A stretch of DNA of 53,865 nt. Origin: an uncultured Gammaproteobacteria bacterium (lineage in GTDB: Bacteria > Patescibacteriota > Microgenomatia > Daviesbacterales > UBA10151). Shown here piece by piece: positions 8,826 to 18,290 of the stretch. The first letter of the stretch is position 1. The number at the start of each line of letters is the position of its first letter. The DNA is taken from positions 1-53,865 of the forward strand of contig CAZDEH010000006.1 of the NCBI GenBank assembly GCA_964504665.1. The letters are read 5' to 3'. Below the pieces are notes generated by a model. The model was given only the letters and a program-made list of their open reading frames with translations. It searched no databases and had not been told where the DNA came from. The translations under genes and the position numbers were made by a program.

Positions 8826-10235
8826 CTAATTAGACCAAATTATATGTTTAATAACAAGCATTCGCCTTAACTGACTCTTTAAACTCCATACTTTATGCAA
8901 TATTCTAAAAATTATAGTATCTTTTAGTTGAAAATTGTAAAAATCTTTTAAAAGTAACATTCTTTTTAACGGATCAGTATCAATACCTCCGCGGTAAATA
9001 TAGTAAGGTTGTTTTCCTAGCCAGAATTTGTCACTGATTAATTTGGCTATCTTTGCCTTTTGGAAAAGTGTGGTCCCAGGAAAAATCCATATTTCCCCGA
9101 TAGTGCCAATTTCATCTGCTTTAATTCGCTTAATTAACTTACTGGTTAATAATCTGTCTCTTTGACTTTCCCCGGGTAAACCAAACATTATTAAGGCACA
9201 TACTTGAATTCCTACTTTTTTAGTAAACCTGACTGCATTTAATATTTCTAGTAAATTAGTTTTTTTGTTAATACTTAAAAGCATTTTGGGAGAACCTGAT
9301 TCAATCCCGAATGACAGTTTATAAAAACCTACTTTCCTCATTAATCTCAACATCTCTTCATCAACAAAATCCACTCTGGTTGTGCCATGAATAACAACCT
9401 TTATGTTTCTCTTTAGGATCTCCCTGCAAAAATTTAAGACTTCTTTTCTGCTTCCTGTTAATGTATCATCCTGAAACACAAAATGCTTTACATGATACTT
9501 TTTAACTAACATCCCCATTTCGTTAGCGACATTTTTTCCACTGCGGAATCTATATCCTCTCCAAATTTTCCAGGTAGAGCAGAAGGTACAAGCTCCCATA
9601 CAACCTCTGGAAAATATAATTGGGACACGAACCTCTTTTTCCAGGTTAATGCCATCAACAACACCTTGTCCCCAAGGAGAATAGGCTAAAGGGTTGATCA
9701 TGTCCCAGGCCGGAAAAGGAATTTTATCTAAGTTTTTTATTAATGGTCGATCTACATTATTAATAATTTGATTTTTACTATTCCTCCAGACTATACCTTT
9801 AATCTTTTCTAATTTTTTCCCTAATACTAAATCACAAAGAGTTACCTCTCCTTCTCCTTTCACGATATAATCTATTACTGGATAATTCTCCATCATTTGA
9901 TTCCACATTAAGGTTGGATGGATACCACCGAGTACGATATTACAATGGGGGTTTAATTTTTTAGCCACCTTTGCTATTTTTATGGCCTGAAGTCTGCTTG
10001 GGGTTAAAACAGAAATACCTATTAGATCAGGTTTTATTTTTTTTAACTTATCAACCAAGCTTCTTTCTCCTTCAATAGCTCCGTCAATTACCTCCACTTT
10101 TACTCCTGGAGCATATTTCTTAAGATAAGAAGAGAGATAAAGAATACCTAGTGGGCTGGGTCGATAACCTGACTGTTCTACTCCGGGTAAGTTAATTAGA
10201 AGAACTTTATCAAACTTAGATTGAATATTTTTCAT
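8826..10235 (-). CDS. B12-binding (class B) radical SAM enzyme
   Basis: The N-terminal cobalamin-binding-type domain reads KVLLINLPG..PLGILYLSSYLKK..DLIGISVLTPS..IVLGGIHPT. It is followed by the CxxxCxxC cluster motif in FSRGCMGACTFCS. Confidence 0.85.
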   Translation of the reverse strand: MKNIQSKFDKVLLINLPGVEQSGYRPSPLGILYLSSYLKKYAPGVKVEVIDGAIEGERSLVDKLKKIKPDLIGISVLTPSRLQAIKIAKVAKKLNPHCNIVLGGIHPTLMWNQMMENYPVIDYIVKGEGEVTLCDLVLGKKLEKIKGIVWRNSKNQIINNVDRPLIKNLDKIPFPAWDMINPLAYSPWGQGVVDGINLEKEVRVPIIFSRGCMGACTFCSTWKIWRGYRFRSGKNVANEMGMLVKKYHVKHFVFQDDTLTGSRKEVLNFCREILKRNIKVVIHGTTRVDFVDEEMLRLMRKVGFYKLSFGIESGSPKMLLSINKKTNLLEILNAVRFTKKVGIQVCALIMFGLPGESQRDRLLTSKLIKRIKADEIGTIGEIWIFPGTTLFQKAKIAKLISDKFWLGKQPYYIYRGGIDTDPLKRMLLLKDFYNFQLKDTIIFRILHKVWSLKSQLRRMLVIKHIIWSN

Positions 10236-10274
10236 ATGTTTTGAATTATATCAAAGGAATTAAAAAAAATACTA

Positions 10275-11060
10275 TCAGTTAAACGGGTTAAATCTTTTAG
10301 TTGAAGATTGGCTTTGAGTATCTTTACTCGATAATATTTTATGGTAACTGTCAAAAACTAAATGTGGTTTATTGTCTATAACAATCTCTCCTTTATTAAG
10401 CAAGATAGCCCTATCACAGAATCCTTTGACTGCATCTTCGTTATGACTTACAAAAATAATTGTTTTATCTTTGGTTTTTTTTACCTCTTGTAAATAGTCC
10501 AGACATTTTTTTTGAAATGCAACATCTCCCACCGATAAAACTTCGTCTATTAATAGGATAGAAGCATAAGTATGGATAGCAACAGAAAAACCAAGTCGCA
10601 TATACATCCCCGAAGAATACCTTTTAACAGGAACATGAATAAATTCTCCTAGTTCGCTAAATTTGATGATATCTTCAACCTGAGACAATATTTCTTTTTT
10701 GTGCATACCCAAGATAGCTCCGTTAAGAAAGATATTTTCGTAGCCGGAAAGCTCAGAATGAAAACCTGCTCCAAGTTCTATGAGTGGTGCAACTTTCCCC
10801 AAAACCTGTACCTTACCGGTAGTTGGGTAAGTTACACCTGCAATAAGTTTCAAGACAGTAGATTTGCCAGCACCATTTTTGCCAGCAATTCCTACAGTTT
10901 CTCCTTTATGAATTTCAAAAGAAATATTAGAGAGGACAGTCAATTTTTTTGCCCACTCTTTACCGCTAATAATACTGGGGATTAACTCTTTAAAAGTTTT
11001 ATCATCTTGAAGATAGAACTTTTTTGTTACATTTTTAAATGAGATCGCTAAATTATCCAT
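10275..11060 (-). CDS. wzt: Polysaccharide/teichoic-acid-type ABC exporter, ATP-binding subunit (Wzt/TagH-like)
   Basis: Walker A GIAGKNGAGKST, signature-like YSSGMYMRLGFS and Walker B ILLIDEVLSVGD. The track ORF starts at a TTG (11078). An ATG at 11060 (MDNLAISF..) lies 1 nt after the wzm stop and is the more likely start. Confidence 0.9.
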   Translation of the reverse strand: MDNLAISFKNVTKKFYLQDDKTFKELIPSIISGKEWAKKLTVLSNISFEIHKGETVGIAGKNGAGKSTVLKLIAGVTYPTTGKVQVLGKVAPLIELGAGFHSELSGYENIFLNGAILGMHKKEILSQVEDIIKFSELGEFIHVPVKRYSSGMYMRLGFSVAIHTYASILLIDEVLSVGDVAFQKKCLDYLQEVKKTKDKTIIFVSHNEDAVKGFCDRAILLNKGEIVIDNKPHLVFDSYHKILSSKDTQSQSSTKRFNPFN

Positions 11061-11061
11061 G

Positions 11062-11844
11062 TTAAACAATATCTGCAAAAACTTTCTCGCTTCTTTTAAA
11101 AACCCAAAAACTAAACATAAAAATTGTAATTGAAATTATTGCCGATAGAAGTATATTTCCTTTATCAAATTCCAGACCAAAAAGAGCCGAACGATATCCT
11201 TCTATAATTCCTACCATGGGGTTTAATTTATATAGCCCGACATATTGATTAGGAACAAGAGATAGTGGATACACAATGGGGGTTAAATACATCCACAGCA
11301 TCAGTAATAAGTTAACAAGATACTGGATATCTCTGTAAAAAAGATTGGCAGTGGATACCAGTAAGGATAATCCTGCCATTAGTATAATTTGTATAAGGAA
11401 CAGAGGTACGATGAACAGCAAGGACAGTTGTAATTCCATCTGGTTAAAAAACATAAAGATTAGTAACAAAACTGAAGCAAAAAATAAATCTATAGCTTTA
11501 GAAACTATTATAGAATATGGTAAGGTTTCTCGGGGAAAATTTACTTTTTTGATAAGATTTGAATTATCTATAAGGGATAGAGCTGCCGATCCGATCGAAG
11601 TTTGGAAGTATATCCATGGTAAAAGGCCAGCAAAAAGAAAAACAGGATAAGGGATATTATTTAGTGGGAAACGGAATATTATTGAGAATACAAAAGAATA
11701 TACCAAAAGCTGCACAAGAGGATTTAGTATTACCCAAAAATATCCTATGATTGATTGTTTATATCTTCCTTTAATTTCTCGGAGAGTTAACTGATAGAGA
11801 AGGTATTTATAATGCAGAAATGGTTTTATAAATTGATAAAACAT
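11062..11844 (-). CDS. wzm: ABC-2 type polysaccharide exporter permease (Wzm/TagG-like)
   Basis: 260 aa with about 6 TM helices. The N-terminus LTLREIKGRYKQSIIGYFWVILNPL is typical of ABC-2 permeases. It lies directly upstream of the ATPase gene. Confidence 0.85.
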   Translation of the reverse strand: MFYQFIKPFLHYKYLLYQLTLREIKGRYKQSIIGYFWVILNPLVQLLVYSFVFSIIFRFPLNNIPYPVFLFAGLLPWIYFQTSIGSAALSLIDNSNLIKKVNFPRETLPYSIIVSKAIDLFFASVLLLIFMFFNQMELQLSLLFIVPLFLIQIILMAGLSLLVSTANLFYRDIQYLVNLLLMLWMYLTPIVYPLSLVPNQYVGLYKLNPMVGIIEGYRSALFGLEFDKGNILLSAIISITIFMFSFWVFKRSEKVFADIV

Positions 11845-11874
11845 TAGTTAAACCAGTATATCAAATTGGCAGAA

Positions 11875-12945
11875 CTAGTGCATAAGAAAGATTCTTATTC
11901 TTTTAAAAGCGAAAAAGAAGCTTTGTTTTATCAATGTGATTCTAGCCGGATTATTAACCATGCTTATTAATTTTAAATAGTGATAAAGTAGTTTTAGAAA
12001 ATCATATTTTGTATAAACGCCAACGAATAATTCTGCTCTTTTCTCTCTCAAATCTTCCTGTTTTTGAAAATATACTATTCTTTTTTTATCAAGTAATGAT
12101 TTTTTATTTGGTTTAGCGATAAAATATGAGAACATTTGTGGAACCTTTTTTAAGTCAGTATACTTTTTATCGGCGGCTAGGACCTCGTTCATGTATTTAT
12201 CTAAAATGTTGTGACGTAACTTATTTAATTTTGGATTATGAGTCAAAATCATATAAGCAATGCCACCACCGGTATCATGACGTTCAATAATGTCGAAATA
12301 TCGGGATAAAGATTCAAAAATAAGTTCAGAATGGATTGCTTCTGTTGGATCATGATGCAGCATTGTTGCTAGGTGTGGGTAATCAAGATGATCTTTTCTT
12401 ATATTAGTTGGTAAAGAGTTGTTAATTTGATGGATGTAGAACCATTGCCTTAAAGGATATTGATTACGGTGAGGACCAATATAGTCAAAGTTGACAAAAA
12501 TTCCACCTTCCTTGAGAGTTTTTGCTAAAACACAACTAAGTCGGTTAATATATTGAACATGATGTAATGCAGCAACATTAACAATTAGATCAAACTGATT
12601 TTCTTTAAAAACAACTTTGTTAACATCGGCTTTTAAATACTTGATTTGTCTATTTTTTCTTCCCTCCTCAGCTCCTTTTAAAAGCTCTTCTGAATAATCA
12701 AACGCAGTCGCTTTTAAAACAATTTTTCTGTCTATAAATTCTCTTTCAACCCATCCGTTTCCGCAATTAAGGAAAAGTCCGTTTTTAAGCGGTTTTTTTG
12801 CAAAACGTTCTTTAAAATCATCCATCCAATATTTGTTCTTATCTCCAGTGAAGTTTTGCGACATATATTCAAGTACTTTTGGAAAATCATTCCAATACTT
12901 TCCACTGTAATAAATCTTGCTATTTTTATTTACAACTGTACTCAT
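11875..12945 (-). CDS. Class I SAM-dependent methyltransferase with a C-terminal extension
   Basis: LFLNCGNGWVEREF (motif I-like), ATAFDYSEELL and FDLIVNVAALHHVQYINRLSCVLAKTLKEGGIFV. Its start overlaps the stop of the upstream gene by 4 nt. Confidence 0.7.
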   Translation of the reverse strand: MSTVVNKNSKIYYSGKYWNDFPKVLEYMSQNFTGDKNKYWMDDFKERFAKKPLKNGLFLNCGNGWVEREFIDRKIVLKATAFDYSEELLKGAEEGRKNRQIKYLKADVNKVVFKENQFDLIVNVAALHHVQYINRLSCVLAKTLKEGGIFVNFDYIGPHRNQYPLRQWFYIHQINNSLPTNIRKDHLDYPHLATMLHHDPTEAIHSELIFESLSRYFDIIERHDTGGGIAYMILTHNPKLNKLRHNILDKYMNEVLAADKKYTDLKKVPQMFSYFIAKPNKKSLLDKKRIVYFQKQEDLREKRAELFVGVYTKYDFLKLLYHYLKLISMVNNPARITLIKQSFFFAFKRIRIFLMH

Positions 12946-15065
12946 AATTTTTTAATGTTCTTAATTTGATTAAAACAAGCAAAGAGTTTTATTCCAAAAT
13001 AAATTGCCATAAATACATTGATTAAAAATAAAATAAGAAAAAACTCTTTTGGTACATCCCAATAATACAGAAACTTAATCCACCATAAATCAGGAGTTCT
13101 CTCAAATATTTGGGTATGAATCATCCATGATTGCCAGGGGTTATTTAATACTCCTCCATAGTTTTGATATTTAGATTGATTCATAGCAGGACCAAGATCT
13201 GAGATATAAGGAAAATCTAAGCTTTCCAGATTTGTTGGTTTTCCGTTGATATAAAGCCCCAACAGTGCAATTAATTGTTTATGTGCTTTGACAATACTCT
13301 GATCCTCGAAATTGGTATCGATTAAAAGTTGATTATCTTTTTCTTTAAGTAGGAAGTTTGGAATGAGGATGTCTATATCGGATCTTTTTCCTAATACCAG
13401 TGAGGCAAATTCACTATTGACTCTTTTTTGGTTTATAAAAATATTTATTTTTGCAGAAGAAGTTGATTCTGCAAGAGGATGGTTTATTAAAGTTAAGGAG
13501 ATTTTTTTAATTGGATCTTTTAAATTATTATCAAAAGAAATGTAGCCCTGATTGTCGATCGCACGCCATCTTTCTCCTCCAACACTGAAAGGAAAATCTA
13601 TGCCGTCGTAAAATCTAACATTATATGAACCATGTTCTAAAGTCTGAGGAAACGATCTAGTTAAATTTTTTAATTGTCTAGTAAAAGGAAATATCGGAGA
13701 AAGTTGGGGGATAATATTCATATAATCAAAAGAGGTGTAATGGTATCCTGAAATTACAACATCAGTCTGTAAATTATGAAGTTTTGTTTGATATGGTATG
13801 GTAATTCCTAAAATTTCCACAAACAAGCCCGCTGCTAAAAGTGGAGCAACCACAAAAATCTTTGCTTTGTTACCAAGTTGCTTATAAACATGGCCTACTA
13901 TTAACATTCCGAAAGGAATAAGCGGTAGTAAATATCTTGGTCCCCAGCTAAGTTCTCCATGCCAATAGCTAATAAGTTTATTATAGCCATTTTCAAACTG
14001 GAGTTGTTTAGCGTATAAAAGAATATAACTAAAACAAAGTATTAAGAATATTATTAGTTCAGGTCTGATTATTTTTTTAATTTTATACCAAAAAATTAAT
14101 ATGAGAAGTAATATTGGAGAATAAAGGAAAATACTTCTTCCCGGGCTTAATAATTGTTCGTATATTCCTTCAAATACTAACGGAATTTGTGATGGTGTAG
14201 CTACATACTGTGCATAATTTACAAAGTAAGTAGGGTTAGCATAACCTATTCCTGAAACAGCTCTCAGATTTTCAAACCAAAAATAAACAAGAAAAAAAGG
14301 AAGTAGTGTAATTAGAGCAATTAAACAATCTCTTAGAATTAATTTACCACAACGCATATTTAGTAAAGGTTTTGTTAAGAGAAGATAGTAGACAATAAGG
14401 GGGATTACTGATAATAGAAATGTTTGATTATAAAGAGTAGAAACTATTCCGAAAGCTATAACTGAAAATATTAAAAAAATCTTCTTTTTCTTTTCTGTGT
14501 ATTTTTTTAATAAATAAAAAGAAAGAAACAAAAAAGAAGTAAATATCATATGGGCATAAATATGTTTAGATAAGGCAAATAAGTTTGTGGTAAATATTGA
14601 AACAAAACTTAAAAAGATAGCCTGTTTGATAGATAATTGAATTTTGAGAAAATAAAGAAAAAGAATTACTCCCAATAAAGCTGTGTATACAATATTTGTA
14701 AAACTAGCAGCAAATAAAATAAACCAATCCGATTCTAAGGGGAAATGAACTGGAGGGGTAATATGATAAATTTTATAAACAATATCTGCTAAAAAAACTG
14801 CTGGGAGCATAGCTAGTGAATATCCCAAACCAGTTCCGCTATACGGCTTACCATTTTTACCAATTTGTGTATTAAAATGAATGTTTTTGCCAACCCAAAC
14901 GCCGCCGGTAAACTCATAAGGCGGACCGGTTGGTTCATGTTGATAATAAATATTTCTGGCAACAGCTAAATATTGGAAGCCATCTTGAGAATCAATAACT
15001 CCTGAAACAAATAAGGAACTAAAGAAAATAAGAAAGAAAAAATAGCAGATGATTAGCTTGTGCAT
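12942..15065 (-). CDS. Polytopic membrane protein, GT-C-fold glycosyltransferase candidate (ArnT/PMT-like) with a large C-terminal extracytoplasmic domain
   Basis: 707 aa with more than 10 TM helices. An acidic first-loop motif follows TM1 (VIDSQDGFQYLAVARNIYY). A soluble domain of about 250 aa precedes a final TM helix. Confidence 0.6.
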   Translation of the reverse strand: MHKLIICYFFFLIFFSSLFVSGVIDSQDGFQYLAVARNIYYQHEPTGPPYEFTGGVWVGKNIHFNTQIGKNGKPYSGTGLGYSLAMLPAVFLADIVYKIYHITPPVHFPLESDWFILFAASFTNIVYTALLGVILFLYFLKIQLSIKQAIFLSFVSIFTTNLFALSKHIYAHMIFTSFLFLSFYLLKKYTEKKKKIFLIFSVIAFGIVSTLYNQTFLLSVIPLIVYYLLLTKPLLNMRCGKLILRDCLIALITLLPFFLVYFWFENLRAVSGIGYANPTYFVNYAQYVATPSQIPLVFEGIYEQLLSPGRSIFLYSPILLLILIFWYKIKKIIRPELIIFLILCFSYILLYAKQLQFENGYNKLISYWHGELSWGPRYLLPLIPFGMLIVGHVYKQLGNKAKIFVVAPLLAAGLFVEILGITIPYQTKLHNLQTDVVISGYHYTSFDYMNIIPQLSPIFPFTRQLKNLTRSFPQTLEHGSYNVRFYDGIDFPFSVGGERWRAIDNQGYISFDNNLKDPIKKISLTLINHPLAESTSSAKINIFINQKRVNSEFASLVLGKRSDIDILIPNFLLKEKDNQLLIDTNFEDQSIVKAHKQLIALLGLYINGKPTNLESLDFPYISDLGPAMNQSKYQNYGGVLNNPWQSWMIHTQIFERTPDLWWIKFLYYWDVPKEFFLILFLINVFMAIYFGIKLFACFNQIKNIKKL

Positions 15066-15134
15066 GCGTATTACATTCTAACATGATTTACTTAAGATAT
15101 AGTAGAATACAGAAATAATAATTGATTTAAGAAT

Positions 15135-16871
15135 ATGATTAGTTTTTTCAAAAACCATTCTTTTAATATACTTTCCTTTATTTTTTTCCTATCCTTAAAT
15201 GCTTTTATATATCGGTCTTTAATATTAAATTTATCGACTAACCTTCTTGATTGGAATGACTACCCTCTCTTTGTCTGGATTATGCAACATAATATTGATA
15301 ATTTTCAGCAATTAGCATTCCAAAATTTTTTTAACACAAACATATTTTATCCATTTCAGGGCAATCTTTTATTTTCAGATTTATTTCTGCCAACAAGCGT
15401 AGTAGGATATTTAGTACAAATTTTTGTTAAAAGCCCCGTTGCTATATTTAATACAGTATTTTTTCTGGTATTGGCAATTAACCCAATAGCTTGTTTTTTC
15501 TTCTGGAAAAATTTCTTTTCTTCTAAGTGGACAGTATTTTTTGCGACATTAACCACTGCTTTTTCACCTTTTGTAGTTTTAAATTCCTATCATTTTCAAA
15601 TGCTTAATATTTGGTCGTTATTTTTTTGTCTTGGATTTTTACTAAGGAAGGAACTATCTTTCAGAAGTGCAATATTCGGGGGTGTATTTTTGGCAATACA
15701 ATTTTTGTCGGGTATTTATTATGCAATTTTTGCATTATTTATTATTACCGTTTGGTATGTAATAAAAAGCTGCGAGATAAAAAAATCCAAAATAAAATTA
15801 CTCAATTTGTTGCGAAGGCTTTTTGTATTCACGCTTACTTTTTTAATTCTAGCAGGATTTTTTATCATTAAATATTTACAGGTTAAAAATGCCTATAATA
15901 TTACCCGTGATTATTGGGAATATGTAATTTATGCTTCTCATCCCACGGATTATATTTTTTCCCAATTTCAAAGTTTACTTGCAGAAACCGGTTTTTGGAA
16001 AAGGTGGAATAGTTTTAGCAATCATGGATCATCTGCAAGCTTTCCTGGTTTTGTCTTGCTGATTTTTAGTTTGATAGGTATCTTTAACTATCAGGTAGTT
16101 AACAAAATAAAGAGTATTTCTTTAAAGCTAACAAATATATCTATATTTTTTCTAATTCTTCTAATATGTGGATTTGTTTTCTCTTTAGGTCCTCGTTTAA
16201 GCGTAAACGGCGTTTATCTCGCAATTCCCTTACCATATTCAATTGTTTTAAAACTGGCTCCACCGCTATTTGAACCAATAAGGGCGGATTCCCGCTGGGC
16301 TTTTCTTGTTTTTTTTAGTTTAACTTATTTTTCATGTATTGGAATTCAAAAAATTGCAAAGTCGATAAAAAAGGAAATAATTGTAGTGCTGGCTCTATCT
16401 TTATTTTATATGATTGAAATAATTCCTATAAGTAGGAATACAGAGTCAAAGCAATTTTATAATCCTGTTTATGACACGCTTCAAAATCAATGTTCTGCAA
16501 GTAAGCAAGTAGTGTTAGAATATCCATTAACTCAAGATAAGAAAGATGCGGATATTGTTACTAACTTATCGTATAAGACTCAGATGCTATTGGCGAGTCT
16601 TACACATAAATGTAATATTGTAAATGGTTATAGTGGATATACTCCGAAGGATTACGAAAGTTACGAAACTGAGCTGTATACTATTGTTCCTGTTGGGGGC
16701 AAGGATAGGTTTTACCAGCTTTTAAAAGAAAGAAATGTTAATCTCTTTAAGTTAAATAAAAAAGAAATTTATTCAAATAAGGCGGAATCAATAGAGGAGT
16801 GGCTTCAAGATAGCAAAAGGTATGTTATATTAATCGAAAATGAGACTTATGTAATTGCAAAGCTCTTATGA
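15135..16871 (+). CDS. Polytopic membrane protein, GT-C-like glycosyltransferase candidate
   Basis: 578 aa with many TM helices. The first loop after TM1 reads STNLLDWNDYPLFVW. A C-terminal soluble domain is present. Confidence 0.5.
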   Translation: MISFFKNHSFNILSFIFFLSLNAFIYRSLILNLSTNLLDWNDYPLFVWIMQHNIDNFQQLAFQNFFNTNIFYPFQGNLLFSDLFLPTSVVGYLVQIFVKSPVAIFNTVFFLVLAINPIACFFFWKNFFSSKWTVFFATLTTAFSPFVVLNSYHFQMLNIWSLFFCLGFLLRKELSFRSAIFGGVFLAIQFLSGIYYAIFALFIITVWYVIKSCEIKKSKIKLLNLLRRLFVFTLTFLILAGFFIIKYLQVKNAYNITRDYWEYVIYASHPTDYIFSQFQSLLAETGFWKRWNSFSNHGSSASFPGFVLLIFSLIGIFNYQVVNKIKSISLKLTNISIFFLILLICGFVFSLGPRLSVNGVYLAIPLPYSIVLKLAPPLFEPIRADSRWAFLVFFSLTYFSCIGIQKIAKSIKKEIIVVLALSLFYMIEIIPISRNTESKQFYNPVYDTLQNQCSASKQVVLEYPLTQDKKDADIVTNLSYKTQMLLASLTHKCNIVNGYSGYTPKDYESYETELYTIVPVGGKDRFYQLLKERNVNLFKLNKKEIYSNKAESIEEWLQDSKRYVILIENETYVIAKLL

Positions 16872-18286
16872 GATTCAAACAATCATTAGTATCAATAATC
16901 ATTATTAATTATAATGGTAAATGTTTTTTAGATGAGTGTTTGGGTTCTTTACAGAAAATTAATTTCCCTAAAAATAATTATGAAGTTATCGTGGTAGATA
17001 ATAATTCCGAGGATACCTCTGTAGAATATACCAGAACACATTATCCTGAAGTAAAAATTATTGAGAATAAACAAAATTTTGGATTTGCTAGTGGTTGTAA
17101 TATAGGAGTAAGTAACGCCAAAGGTGAGTATGTTACTTTTTTAAATACCGATACTAAAGTAGAGACAGATTGGCTCACGTATCTTGTTAAAAGAATTAAA
17201 TCAGACAAAACGATAGCTGCTGTAAACTCCAAAATTTTCCTATATTTTCCTTTTATTGAAATATCAATAAAATCAGATGTTTTTATGCGTTCGGAATTTA
17301 CTAATTCTATAAATTTTCAAGCAGCAGGAATTTTACTTGAAAATATCTTTCTCGAGAATAAATCGCTACAACACTTAGTAAGATATGCAAAGGGATTCTA
17401 TGAAAAAGAAAAAGGTTCAATTCCCTTACGTTGGACTAAAGGTGATGCTTCAATAATTTTACCATGTGACCCAAGGCGGAAGAATGTTGGTTTTATTTTA
17501 ACGATTAGATCTGAAAAATCCAGTTCCAATTTAAAAACAAAAATATTAATTAAATTAGGAGATAAAATCTTAGTTGAGGATAATCTAAGGTCTCATGAAA
17601 TAAAACAATATGAAGTAGATTTAAAAACGTCGGAAATAAAGAAATATTTTTTGTATGCTGTGCAAAATAGCGGAGTTGTTGTTTTTAAAGATGGGTATGG
17701 TAGGGATCGTGGTGCAGTAGTGAAGGCAGACAAAACATGTATATATGAGCTGGATAATTATTTTTATGAAAACTCATGCGGCATCATTTCTTTTTGTGGA
17801 GCTAGTGTTTTAATGAGAAGAGACTTATTTGAAAAAAGCGGAGGATTTGATCAGTCGTTCTTCATGTATTATGAAGATGTTGATATGAGCTTAAAATTTA
17901 AACGATCTAACTGGAAAATCGTCTATGAACCACGTTCAATAGTCTATCATATTCATGCAGGCTCGAGCGGGGAATGGTCACCTCTATTTGTGTTTCATAC
18001 TGAAAAAAACCGACTTGCACTACTTATCAAACATTTCCCCTTACATGTTTTTTTCGAAGAATTGATAAAGTATTTTTTCGTTTTAGGAGTATCCATATTA
18101 AAAATGATAAAGTGGAGGTTAAAAGAACATTGGGATCTTGTTGAAGAGTGGGAAGTGAAGGTAAAGTTAAGAATCAGAGTGATTAGATTTATCTTTATAA
18201 ATTTTATACCTCTTTTTAAAAAGAGATCAATTATTAACAGAAAGAGCAAAATTAGTATGAAAAAACTTTATCAAAGTCTTTATTAA
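16868..18286 (+). CDS. Family 2 glycosyltransferase with an inserted domain of about 140 aa
   Basis: VSIIIINYNGKCFLDECLGSL, VIVVDNNSEDTS, NFGFASGCNIG, FLNTDTKV and, further on, GASVLMRRDLFEKSGGFDQSFFMYYEDVDMSLKF. Confidence 0.85.
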   Translation: MRFKQSLVSIIIINYNGKCFLDECLGSLQKINFPKNNYEVIVVDNNSEDTSVEYTRTHYPEVKIIENKQNFGFASGCNIGVSNAKGEYVTFLNTDTKVETDWLTYLVKRIKSDKTIAAVNSKIFLYFPFIEISIKSDVFMRSEFTNSINFQAAGILLENIFLENKSLQHLVRYAKGFYEKEKGSIPLRWTKGDASIILPCDPRRKNVGFILTIRSEKSSSNLKTKILIKLGDKILVEDNLRSHEIKQYEVDLKTSEIKKYFLYAVQNSGVVVFKDGYGRDRGAVVKADKTCIYELDNYFYENSCGIISFCGASVLMRRDLFEKSGGFDQSFFMYYEDVDMSLKFKRSNWKIVYEPRSIVYHIHAGSSGEWSPLFVFHTEKNRLALLIKHFPLHVFFEELIKYFFVLGVSILKMIKWRLKEHWDLVEEWEVKVKLRIRVIRFIFINFIPLFKKRSIINRKSKISMKKLYQSLY

Positions 18287-18290
18287 TAAT

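Noticed and set aside
10701-11650. Antisense ORFs 10701-10985 and 11345-11650 opposite wzt and wzm
   Set aside because: They lie entirely within genes that carry clear ABC-transporter motifs on the other strand, and they have no recognisable features of their own.
15066-15134. Divergent promoter region between the 707-aa and 578-aa membrane protein genes; also 20564-20634
   Set aside because: Several AT-rich -10-like hexamers are present (TATAGT, TAGAAT, TAAAAT). None has a convincingly spaced -35 partner, so in DNA this AT-rich they cannot be told apart from background.
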